A stretch of DNA of 27,635 nucleotides, taken from Candidatus Parcubacteria bacterium. Its GTDB lineage: Bacteria; Patescibacteriota; Minisyncoccia; JAHIHE01; JAGLIN01. Where the stretch lies: NCBI GenBank assembly GCA_023142975.1, contig JAGLIN010000051.1, positions 1 to 27,635 on the forward strand. The letters are read 5' to 3'. Below the pieces are notes generated by a model. That model worked only from the letters and a program-made list of their open reading frames with translations, was not told the origin of the DNA and searched no databases. This document shows positions 16,395-24,933 of this stretch, one piece after another. Within the stretch, counting starts at the first letter, position 1, and each line of letters begins with the position of its first letter. The translations under genes were made by a program, and so were the position numbers.

Positions 16395-16623
16395 ATTGTA
16401 GTTTAAAGTTAAAAAGTTTAAAGTTAAAAAGTACTTTTAAAATTATTTATTTTCCACAAGAAACTTATTGTAACTAATAGTAATTTATTGTAATTAGTTA
16501 TAGTTTATACGAGACAATTAATTACTATTAATTTCTACAAGTTTCTACAAATTTCTTTCTCTTAATTTAATTGAACAATTGTTAAAAATAGATAAGTTCG
16601 CAGTAGTGTTGAAGTTTAATCAT

Positions 16624-17040
16624 CTACTTCGGTCTTTTCGTTCCATATTTGCTTCTCTCCTGTTTTCTTCCTTCAACTCCGCCAGCGTCCAAAACACCGC
16701 GAACGATGTGATAACGAACACCAGGCAAATCTTTTACTCTCCCGCCGCGAATCATTACAACAGAGTGTTCTTGTAAAGTATGCCCGATTCCTGGAATATA
16801 CGCTGTCACTTCACTTCCATTTGTAAGTTTTACTCTCGCAATTTTACGCAAAGCCGAATTTGGTTTTGTCGGTGTCATTGTTCCAACCTTAACACAAACT
16901 CCCCTTTTAAAAGGATTGCCTCTTTTGGCTGTTTTCGGTTTATTTTTAAGATAATTAAAATTCCGCGCAAGAGCCGGCGTCTTTGATTTCTTCACGGTTT
17001 TTTTTCTTGACTTTCTAACTAATTGTTGAATAGTTGGCAT
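16624..17040 (-). CDS. rpsL: 30S ribosomal protein S12
   Basis: [22 protein letters not shown] and [13 protein letters not shown]. Confidence 0.99.
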   Translation of the reverse strand: MPTIQQLVRKSRKKTVKKSKTPALARNFNYLKNKPKTAKRGNPFKRGVCVKVGTMTPTKPNSALRKIARVKLTNGSEVTAYIPGIGHTLQEHSVVMIRGGRVKDLPGVRYHIVRGVLDAGGVEGRKQERSKYGTKRPK

Positions 17041-17081
17041 TTTGATTTATAAAAATTATTTATTTTAGAACTTACACACTT

Positions 17082-17173
17082 GGAGTGTAGAACGAACCGC
17101 AGTGAAGTTCTACTTGAAAGCAGGATTAAGCGATATTTCTAGTTGAACTTCGTTGCGACTCGTTCAACGCTCC
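17082..17173. other. 38-bp imperfect inverted repeat (30/38 complementary, 16-nt loop) in the rpsL 5' leader
   Basis: Arms 17082..17119 and 17136..17173 aligned by hand. Confidence 0.8.
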
Positions 17174-17190
17174 TAACTATTTATAAATAG

Positions 17191-17219
17191 AGATTAACAG
17201 AAAGCTTGTAATATGTCAA
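17191..17219 (-). promoter_or_regulatory. rpsL operon promoter TTGACA-N17-TAATCT
   Basis: Perfect -35 and 17-nt spacer, located just after the site-2 protease stop. Confidence 0.65.
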
Positions 17220-17225
17220 ATTTAT

Positions 17226-17859
17226 TTATCCTAAAATATTAACTCCCGTAATCAAAGCAAATAGAAACAGCATAACGGGAATTATAAATTGAAAACCGAA
17301 AAATATAAAAATTAATAAAAACAAAAATCCGTTTCTTTCTAAAATTTCTCTCACATTATGCATTGAATACGGCAGAAAATGAAACAGAACTTTTGAACCG
17401 TCTAACGGAGGAATTGGAACTAAGTTAAAAACAGCCAGTAGAATATTATAAAAAACTATAATGCTAAAAAACGAGATGATGCTACTTCCTGGCGCCATTC
17501 CTTGTAATAATAAAATTCTAATTGCAACACCAAAAATTACAGCTATTAATAAATTAGACGCTGGACCAGCCAACGCGACAAGCATTTCGCCGTTTTTTTG
17601 ATCTTTTAAATTATAAGGATTATAAGGAACTGGCTTTGCCCAGCCAATTATAAACCCAGCATTAGTTAGCAACAACATAAATGGCAGAATAACCGACCCC
17701 AGGGGATCAATATGCGGAAGCGGATTAAGAGTTAATCTCCCCAAATGTTTAGCCGTCGGATCACCAAGATAGTAAGCCATCCAGCCATGAGAAAATTCGT
17801 GAATGACAATAGAAAAAATTAAAATAACGAAAGAAAAAACTTGGAATGTTTCAAACATA
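17226..17859 (-). CDS. Site-2 protease family (peptidase M50) membrane metalloprotease
   Basis: HEFSH zinc motif, RLTLNPLPHIDP, LAGPASN and NLVPIPPLDG. ATG 17859 is preferred over the TTG at 17867. Confidence 0.93.
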
Positions 17860-17889
17860 CTTGCCAAAATTAATTAATTAGATTATTAT

Positions 17890-17980
17890 ATTGCTATATT
17901 GTTCTATTGCTAAATTGTTATGCACAGCACGATAAACGATTTAACGATTTAACAATTTAACGATTTAACAATTTAATAAT
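17890..17980. repeat. Two opposed arrays of 8-nt tandem repeats
   Basis: (ATTGYTAW)-like x4 at 17890..17921 and (TTAACRAT)-like x6 at 17933..17980. The two arrays are approximately reverse-complementary. Confidence 0.8.
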
Positions 17981-17986
17981 ATCTTT

Positions 17987-18163
17987 ATGAGCAGAACATG
18001 TCAAGTTTGTGGCAGAGGAACAAGAGCGAGCCAGTCTCGCAGCCATTCCAATGTCGCGACAAAAAGAAAACAGTTTATTAATGTTCAGAAAAAAACTGTT
18101 GACGGCGAGAAGATTAAAATTTGCGCCAAGTGTATTAAGACGATGGCAAAGAATGAAAAATAG
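17987..18163 (+). CDS. rpmB: 50S ribosomal protein L28 (zinc-ribbon form; absent from the ORF track)
   Basis: MSRTCQVCGRGTRASQSRSHSNVATKRKQFINVQKKTVDGEKIKICAKCIKTMAKNEK* has CxxC...RSHS..TKR...N....CxxC. Confidence 0.93.
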   Translation: MSRTCQVCGRGTRASQSRSHSNVATKRKQFINVQKKTVDGEKIKICAKCIKTMAKNEK

Positions 18164-18214
18164 AACGAGTATTAAAAAACAGGATAAAATTATTTACTCT
18201 GTTTTTTATTTATC

Positions 18215-18934
18215 TTATTTTTTAGACAAATAAAACTTCCTCTTTTTTTCTTCAAACCTTTCAATCGCATATCGCAACATCACTCTCGGCATTTTTGAAT
18301 AATGTTTTTTTAAAAATTCCTCTTCAGTTTTCTGATCTCTTTTTCCAACTTCCCGCAGCATCCAACCGACTGCTTTATGAATTAAATCATGCTTGTCGTT
18401 TAATAATATTTTAGCGATTTTTAAAGTATCGTCAAATTCATTATTTCTAATAAAAGCAAATGTGGAAATAATCGCGATTCTTCTTTCCCATAAATTATCA
18501 GATTTTGCTAATTTATAAAGAACATTTCTCGGCTTATTCAACAAGTACTCTCCCATTATTTTCGGCGCGGAAATGTCAACCAAATCCCAGTTATTTATAT
18601 TCTTAGTGTTTTTTAAATATAGCTTAAAAATTTTATTTTTTTCACGCTCATCCCCCTTTTCATATCGCTTAACTAAAACAAACAAAGCTGACATCCGATA
18701 TTCATGAACTTTACTATTTAATAATTTCTCCAAATTTTCCAAAGATAAATCTTCAAATTTTCCAACAACTTTTCTCTGCTCTGGAACTTTGACGCCTAAA
18801 AAAATATCCCCCTCGCCATACTCCCCTTTTCCAGTTTTGAAAAATCTCTGCAAAATTTCCGCTTGTTTTGGATTAGATAATTCTTTCAGTTCTTTTTTAA
18901 GTTGGGTTAGATTTGTTTTTAAATTAAACTTCAT
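18215..18934 (-). CDS. DNA alkylation repair enzyme (AlkD-like HEAT-repeat glycosylase)
   Basis: FFKTGKGEYGEGDIFLGV, INNWDLVD, LWERR and HDLIHKAVGWMLRE. Confidence 0.88.
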   Translation of the reverse strand: MKFNLKTNLTQLKKELKELSNPKQAEILQRFFKTGKGEYGEGDIFLGVKVPEQRKVVGKFEDLSLENLEKLLNSKVHEYRMSALFVLVKRYEKGDEREKNKIFKLYLKNTKNINNWDLVDISAPKIMGEYLLNKPRNVLYKLAKSDNLWERRIAIISTFAFIRNNEFDDTLKIAKILLNDKHDLIHKAVGWMLREVGKRDQKTEEEFLKKHYSKMPRVMLRYAIERFEEKKRKFYLSKK

Positions 18935-18989
18935 TTGCTTTTATTTTAAATTATAATTATTTATCAAATTCGTTCTCATAGCGTTTCCA

Positions 18990-19000
18990 TTATATCACAG
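18990..19000 (-). promoter_or_regulatory. Extended -10 promoter TGTGATATAAT
   Basis: Consensus motif 55 nt upstream of the AlkD-like start. Confidence 0.55.
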
Positions 19001-19026
19001 AACTATACTACGAAACATTCATTCAT

Positions 19027-19058
19027 AAAAATAACCCCTTAAATAAAAGGTTATTTTT
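19027..19058 (-). terminator. Intrinsic terminator directly after the tRNA 3' fragment
   Basis: AAAAAUAACCUU-UUAUUUAA-GGGGUUAUUUUU stem with U tract; the G-U pairs favour the minus strand. Confidence 0.6.
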
Positions 19059-19060
19059 CT

Positions 19061-19077
19061 TGTCGGGGCGACAGGAT
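19061..19077 (-). mobile_element. tRNA-Pro 3'-end fragment (att-site direct-repeat remnant)
   Basis: The minus strand reads ATCCTGT-CGCCCCG-A-CA: end of T loop, T-stem 3' strand, Pro-type acceptor 3' strand and discriminator A. The sequence 5' of it is not tRNA. Confidence 0.7.
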
Positions 19078-19290
19078 GCAGTTGGGAACAATTTCCCGGT
19101 GGTTTGGGTGGGGATTTTGGAGAATTGGGAGAGCGTTGAGGGAAGGTTGGAGAGGGTGGAGAGGTTGATGAGTTGAATTATTTGTTTATTTTTTAATTTC
19201 AAAAATTATATGAAACAATAAAAACAAGGTCAAAATTGCACAGTTCTATATAAGCATGAAGTGAATAATGCTACTGTTTTTATATAAAAT

Positions 19291-19731
19291 TCATCTATTA
19301 TAACCAAATTCTTTTAAAAGAAAGTTGATGTGCTTTCTGTAATCTTCAACAAAGCTATCATTAATTATTACCTTTCTATATTTTCCAACTAATGTGAACA
19401 TAAAAATATTTTTAAGATCACTTTTCTTTTCGTCTAAATCCCAATGGGCCATCATATTTCTTGCTCTTTGAATAAACCTTAAAGATTTTTTAATATTAGG
19501 GTAGCCTTTTAATTTTTTAAAATAAGGCAGTGATTCATAAATACTAATTTTATTATCAAAAGTAAGATAAGGAGTATTTATAACATTCCAAAAAAGAATT
19601 GTTGCCTTATTATTACTTTTAGGAAAAAAATACTTTCTTAAGCGATAACCAAGGACAAACTCAACTCTCGTGGCGGATGAAACAACCTCACCTCTAATTA
19701 AATCTAATTTTTCTCTGATTTTTTTATCCAT
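19291..19731 (-). CDS. HEPN-like protein (RxxxxH)
   Basis: RARNMMAH near the C-terminus of a small helical protein, with an N-terminal Glu helix (RVEFVL). Confidence 0.5.
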   Translation of the reverse strand: MDKKIREKLDLIRGEVVSSATRVEFVLGYRLRKYFFPKSNNKATILFWNVINTPYLTFDNKISIYESLPYFKKLKGYPNIKKSLRFIQRARNMMAHWDLDEKKSDLKNIFMFTLVGKYRKVIINDSFVEDYRKHINFLLKEFGYNR

Positions 19732-19740
19732 TTAAAAATA

Positions 19741-19989
19741 TTATTTTATTTGTGTTATTGGAATTTTTGAGTCTCTAAGAAATTTCGTGAGCGTTCTTCT
19801 TTCTGTGCCACTGTTGCTTCCCGAATGTCTTTGTTGCCCAGTTCGTTTATTACAATAGCTAATGAATAGTTTATGACATGCTCTTGTCATTAAAACATAA
19901 AGTAATCTTCGTTCGTCACCCTCTTTGTCTCCTGTGTTTCGTCCGGGAATATATCCATTTTCTGCACCAACTATAAAACATACATCAAA
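19741..19989 (-). pseudogene. C-terminal remnant of a UvrD/Rep SF1 helicase
   Basis: My translation is FDVCFIVGAENGYIPGRNTGDKEGDERRLLYVLMTRACHKLFISY...TKFLRDSKIPITQIK*, covering the motif V tail and motif VI. It lacks a start and the TxHxxKGLE motif. Confidence 0.8.
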
Positions 19990-20084
19990 GTTTGAATGGT
20001 TGTTTTGTGTTGGGAGTATATAAATTTTTTGTGCGTTGGGAGTTATAATATTTACTCAAAATCTTCTATTACTTAAACCTCTTA

Positions 20085-22106
20085 TTATTTGACCAACTTG
20101 CTATCAAAAAAATCAACGATTACGGGCTTATCACAACTTGAACCCTTTCCAACCACAATTGCGCGAAAACGAGGTAAAATACTCATACTATCCAAATATT
20201 TTTGATTAATGTAGGCACTCATAAAAGTTTTTGATGTTTCGTCAAATGATTGTAAAGCAATAATAGTGTGACATTGGTACAAAATCGTTTTTGTAACTAA
20301 TGCTGTCCGTTGAGTAATAATAAGAAAACCTATATTATGCTTGCGACATTTGAGAACCATTTGAGATATTCGACTTACTTTTGGTTGTCCAAACTCTTGT
20401 TTACCAAAAGAGTTTTCCGGAATAAAATCATATGCTTCTTCCATAACAATACATATTTTTTGATTTTCATTTTTAGTTTGGTATCCAATAACTTTTTCGA
20501 TAAGCTCTGCAGTCATATCACTTAAATTGATTGTTCCGCCCCCCTTATCTTTATCTTCGAGTTGCCAATCTACAGAAACGATATTTTTGGTTGCCTTAGA
20601 TAAATCAAACTCGTTAGATTTTTGTTCTTCAGTCAGATCGGTATTGATATAACTAGTGAGCGATTGTTTGTTTTTTCTATCAACTTCAAACACCACAACC
20701 TTATAATCAATTGAGGACATTTTTTCCAAAATTTGTGCGGCCATTCTTGACTTTCCCGTGCCTGTTTTTCCTATGATTGCAATGTGATGACTTACACTCT
20801 CTTCAAAGTCTACAAAAATTGGATATTGTGAGCGCGGAACAATACCAACTTTATAAACATTGTTGTTAGTAATTTTTATTTCTTTTGTTGAAGTTTCAAT
20901 AAACACAGGAGTGTTTACGCTTGGAACCCAGCCGACATCATTAAATTTTTGTTTGTCATCTTGCCAATATCCAATTTGTTGAGCAGTTATTATTTTTCCA
21001 CCCTTTTTACTTTGCCCGTCGATACTCTCCGAATCGGTTTCAACATTAATAATTTGATATTTTGTAGAAGTTTTATAAAAATTTACAGCAATTAAATCAC
21101 CTTCTTTTAATTTCTTATTTTCATCAACATCTTCAATCATTTTTATCTTAATAACATCAATGTCTGAATTAGTATGCACAAACCCTATTATATTATCTCG
21201 GTTTTTATAAACTTCTGAAGACATTATTTCTTCTGGAATATCAAGCTCAATTTTATGGAGATAGATTTGTTTTGCAATATTAATAGTTCCTGAATTTAGG
21301 CAATAAAAATACAGATATTTTTTATTATCTGTTTTGAGCTCAAGAACAAACATCGCATAAATTAAACCTTTCCCGGCGTGCGAATTTTTAATATCATCTA
21401 TAACTGCAATATCACCCAATTTTAAAGTTGGTGATCCTGATGATTGTTCAACATAAACGACATCGGGATTTAATCTCTTAGTAACCCTACCAATCAATTT
21501 TGGTTTAGTTCTGTCCCTGATTTTTTCATATAGAGGAGTAATTAGTTTTTTATCAATTGGCTCAACAAGAATTAACATTCCCCAAAAAACAATTAGCGAT
21601 AAAACAGCTACTTGTTCTTTGTTAATTAAAAAATTGTTTTCCAAAGATGAAATGAAGTAACTAAAAATAGAAAGGATAAAAACTATTGAAAATAACATTT
21701 TGGAACTACCTAAAAAGCTTGCTATTAGATTTGCAGAATGGGCAACTTTTTGCGATAAAAAATTCCGGTCTTTTTCTTCATCTATCAAAACAAATGAAAG
21801 GAACGCTATTGCACCAACCAACAAAGAATAAATGAAAAGTGGCCAATAGAGCAGGAATTGACCAATATTTTCAAGCATTGATAAAACAACAAGAAGAAGA
21901 ACGATATTAACTATTACATCGAGTGATTTGGTAAAATATTTTTCTGTAACAAAAATACCAAGTACAATCAACAATAGCCCACTTGTAAACCAAACTTCTG
22001 CGTCCTTTCCTAAATCTATAAAAAATTTGTCTATCAATAGAAATTTAAGTACAAATAATATTCCAGCAAAAACAAATAAATAGATTAGGTTTTTTAATTT
22101 ACTCAT
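20085..22106 (-). CDS. HerA/FtsK-superfamily (DUF87) ATPase with N-terminal multi-TM domain and HAS-barrel-like regions
   Basis: About 6-7 TM helices, Walker A HIAIIGKTGTGKS, Walker B VMEEAY, and RKHNIGFLIITQR. Confidence 0.85.
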   Translation of the reverse strand: MSKLKNLIYLFVFAGILFVLKFLLIDKFFIDLGKDAEVWFTSGLLLIVLGIFVTEKYFTKSLDVIVNIVLLLVVLSMLENIGQFLLYWPLFIYSLLVGAIAFLSFVLIDEEKDRNFLSQKVAHSANLIASFLGSSKMLFSIVFILSIFSYFISSLENNFLINKEQVAVLSLIVFWGMLILVEPIDKKLITPLYEKIRDRTKPKLIGRVTKRLNPDVVYVEQSSGSPTLKLGDIAVIDDIKNSHAGKGLIYAMFVLELKTDNKKYLYFYCLNSGTINIAKQIYLHKIELDIPEEIMSSEVYKNRDNIIGFVHTNSDIDVIKIKMIEDVDENKKLKEGDLIAVNFYKTSTKYQIINVETDSESIDGQSKKGGKIITAQQIGYWQDDKQKFNDVGWVPSVNTPVFIETSTKEIKITNNNVYKVGIVPRSQYPIFVDFEESVSHHIAIIGKTGTGKSRMAAQILEKMSSIDYKVVVFEVDRKNKQSLTSYINTDLTEEQKSNEFDLSKATKNIVSVDWQLEDKDKGGGTINLSDMTAELIEKVIGYQTKNENQKICIVMEEAYDFIPENSFGKQEFGQPKVSRISQMVLKCRKHNIGFLIITQRTALVTKTILYQCHTIIALQSFDETSKTFMSAYINQKYLDSMSILPRFRAIVVGKGSSCDKPVIVDFFDSKLVK

Positions 22107-22176
22107 ATTTATAAGCTAATTTAAATCCAAAAATTTCCAATCTTTTAGATCGTTTGAATTACAAAAATATTTGTCG

Positions 22177-23742
22177 TTACTGTTTAAATATAAACTCTTC
22201 TAATTCTTTATAGGCGTCTGTGTCTGAAGTTATATATTCTGATAATTTAATTTTGAAATCGTTTATATTACCAGAATATCCGCAAACATGTTGAATATCT
22301 TGTTGTATCGACTTCAAATCTTGATTAATGATATCTGTAATTTTACTTTCATATTTCAATTCGTCAAAATTCGTACCTTTCCCAAAATGATATTTTTTTA
22401 ATATTTCTTTATCAAAAAGATAATTCTCGATCTCATGTCTCTTTAACATCCTATTCATGCTATTATCATCTAAGAAACCCTGTCTTTGTTCTTTTGTTTT
22501 TTTATCACGATCTTTTAATAAATAAAGTTCAACATCTTTAAATGCCTTATTTAGTATTTGCAATGCTACTACAGAATATCCATCCGATTCTTTGTTACCC
22601 CCGCTCGAAACAAAAAGTGTATCTGGATGACTTACAGAAAAAATTTGATTATAAATTGTTGCGTCCAATCCTTTTTCATCTCCATTCTCATCAGAACTCT
22701 TTTCGCCTTCGCAATAAATTATTTTTTTAGGAGCTAATAAACCAGTCAGATCTTCTAGCGCAGTTTTAAATATACGATGCCAATTATCTCGTGTCGTCGC
22801 AATGGGCTTTATTTCCACTGTACCATTAAAATAATCTTTTACCGAAAAATCTAATATTGATGACTTATCTTTTAGTTCTTCTTGTAATGCTCTCAAAAAC
22901 CCAATGCTGTGTGTAGCTATCCAAAGCTGACAATTATCTGGCACTAATTTTTCTATCTCAGTCAAAAGTTTCCTTTGAATTGCTGTATTGAGGTGTAATT
23001 CTGGTTCGTCTATACAATAAACCGTATTGTTAAAATCAGGTGTTTTTATTACTAAATCAATAATAATATCAACAACTTCTTTTTCGCCCGAAGACAAATT
23101 TTCGTAAGGGAAATTTTTAGAGTTTTCTTTTTCAAAAAATAATTGTCCCTTACCGTCACCAACATTGCCAAGACTAGACACTTTTACATCTAAAATATTT
23201 TCTAAAATTTTGTTGATTTTTTCTAAAAATTCTTTCTTAAATTCCGTTCCTGTTTTGTTCCCTTGCTCAAATTCATATAACAATCTTGATAACAGCCTCT
23301 CATAATTACTTTGCATACGAGAATCTATCGCATTGCTACTATATGGTCGGTTATGATCCTCAATAATATCAGGCTGGGCTTTTATGCTGTCTACTTTTAA
23401 TTTTGGAGTGAATCTATACGCTGACCTGATATAAAAACTTTTTTTGTCAAAATTCGTTGCTCCACCTCCTTCGGTTATTATTATTGATTCATTTTTGTTA
23501 TAACTTTCTAATCTTTTCTCTGGAAAAATTGAGTGCCATAATTTTGAAAAATAAGAAGCATGCTCATTTTGACTTGCTCCTTTATAATCTTTCAATTTTT
23601 CTTCAAAAGCATCAAAGACACTGCTTTTCCCGCATCCATTTGGTCCAACCAAGGCAATAATTTTTTTTGAATTATCTCCAAGGTTTATTATTAGATCGTC
23701 AAATCTTTTAAAATTTTTTAATCTGACTGTTTTTAATTTCAT
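22177..23742 (-). CDS. OLD-family ATP-dependent nuclease (ABC ATPase + TOPRIM)
   Basis: GPNGCGKS, LSSGE signature, IDEPELHL, ATHS, and TOPRIM YCEGE and DRD. Confidence 0.82.
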   Translation of the reverse strand: MKLKTVRLKNFKRFDDLIINLGDNSKKIIALVGPNGCGKSSVFDAFEEKLKDYKGASQNEHASYFSKLWHSIFPEKRLESYNKNESIIITEGGGATNFDKKSFYIRSAYRFTPKLKVDSIKAQPDIIEDHNRPYSSNAIDSRMQSNYERLLSRLLYEFEQGNKTGTEFKKEFLEKINKILENILDVKVSSLGNVGDGKGQLFFEKENSKNFPYENLSSGEKEVVDIIIDLVIKTPDFNNTVYCIDEPELHLNTAIQRKLLTEIEKLVPDNCQLWIATHSIGFLRALQEELKDKSSILDFSVKDYFNGTVEIKPIATTRDNWHRIFKTALEDLTGLLAPKKIIYCEGEKSSDENGDEKGLDATIYNQIFSVSHPDTLFVSSGGNKESDGYSVVALQILNKAFKDVELYLLKDRDKKTKEQRQGFLDDNSMNRMLKRHEIENYLFDKEILKKYHFGKGTNFDELKYESKITDIINQDLKSIQQDIQHVCGYSGNINDFKIKLSEYITSDTDAYKELEEFIFKQ

Positions 23743-23833
23743 AATTTCATAAATTATATTTTGCTTAAAACTTCCTTTAAACTCCCGCTATTCAAAACAT
23801 ACTTATAATTAAATTTTTTAACTTCGATTGATA

Positions 23834-24931
23834 TTATTTCCCGGACTTAATTCTATTACACTCTTTGCACAACATCTTACAATTTTTTTCTACTGTCTTT
23901 CCACCTTCATGCCATGGTTTAATATGATCACCTTCCATTTCTCCTATTTCAAAATGTTCTTTGCAGTCTTTGCAAATTCCTTTTTGCTTTTCATAAACTT
24001 TCTGTTTCATAGCATCAGAAAAAGCGCGAATTGAAAGTTTTCTTTCATCTTTTGTTAAAATATAAGGATAAATCCCTTTTTTATTTTCCACATCATCATC
24101 CGCTATCAACATAGCAATTTCTTTTTCAATTACTTCTGTGTCATACACCTCATTCTTAAATTCATTATACAGCGTTCCCCAATCAACACCTCTCATAAAC
24201 TTTACTCTTTTTACTGTGAAAGTCGCTTCAATCCATGAAATCACATCTTGAAAATATCTCCACAAAGCGCTTGCATTTTGGTCGTGCTGATGTTTAGACA
24301 TATAGTCCTCTATTTTTCCATCGGAAATCCATTTGATAGCAGTTTCTAAATATTCTTGGCGAATTGGAGACCCATTCAAATAATCACTTCCTATTCCATA
24401 AGCGGCACAACCATTTTTACTAAAATAGCGCTTAGCGTCAGTAACCCACGGACCTGAATATACTGCATTTTTCAATTCTTGGTCTGTTAGTTTTTCTCCC
24501 GCAATATTAATTATTTTAAACCATTCCAATTTTTCGCTATCACTGCCCGAGCAAAAGTATATTGTTAATTCATAATTTAGTATTTGCTCTTTTTTGTCAT
24601 CGGGAAGATTGTGAAACGCTAATTTGTTTCCTGAAAAATCTACTGAAAAATCTCCTTCAACATACTGACAAACTGAAATTGTTCGTTGTTGTCCATCAAT
24701 AATCTCAAAACCGCCATCTTCACGGACTGCCCAATACATCACATTAAGAGGAAACTCTTTTGTAATAGTATCAATAACAGCATCTCTTTGTTTGTCTTTA
24801 TAAATAAATTCTCTTTGGTACGGTGGGCGGATATCAAGTTTGCCACCATAACCAACAACACCATTTTCATCGTTGTCCTCAAAACCATTCGTTAATTCAC
24901 GGACTGTAATTTTTTTAAGTTCTATTTTCAT
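23834..24931 (-). CDS. DUF262 (GmrS-like) + HNH endonuclease, probable restriction component
   Basis: RPPYQRE, DGQQR and C-terminal CKDC...DHIKPWHEGG...LCKECNRIK. Confidence 0.88.
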   Translation of the reverse strand: MKIELKKITVRELTNGFEDNDENGVVGYGGKLDIRPPYQREFIYKDKQRDAVIDTITKEFPLNVMYWAVREDGGFEIIDGQQRTISVCQYVEGDFSVDFSGNKLAFHNLPDDKKEQILNYELTIYFCSGSDSEKLEWFKIINIAGEKLTDQELKNAVYSGPWVTDAKRYFSKNGCAAYGIGSDYLNGSPIRQEYLETAIKWISDGKIEDYMSKHQHDQNASALWRYFQDVISWIEATFTVKRVKFMRGVDWGTLYNEFKNEVYDTEVIEKEIAMLIADDDVENKKGIYPYILTKDERKLSIRAFSDAMKQKVYEKQKGICKDCKEHFEIGEMEGDHIKPWHEGGKTVEKNCKMLCKECNRIKSGK

Positions 24932-24933
24932 AT

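Noticed and set aside
17890-17980. CRISPR array
   Set aside because: Units are 8 nt with no spacers. No repeat-spacer array or cas gene is seen in the window.
18009-18233. 74-aa plus-strand ORF
   Set aside because: Out-of-frame overlap with the real rpmB.
19061-19140. Complete tRNA-Pro gene
   Set aside because: Only the 3' 17 nt match; there is no D or anticodon arm.
19741-23742. Intact Gabija system
   Set aside because: The UvrD part is only a start-less tail separated from OLD by another gene.
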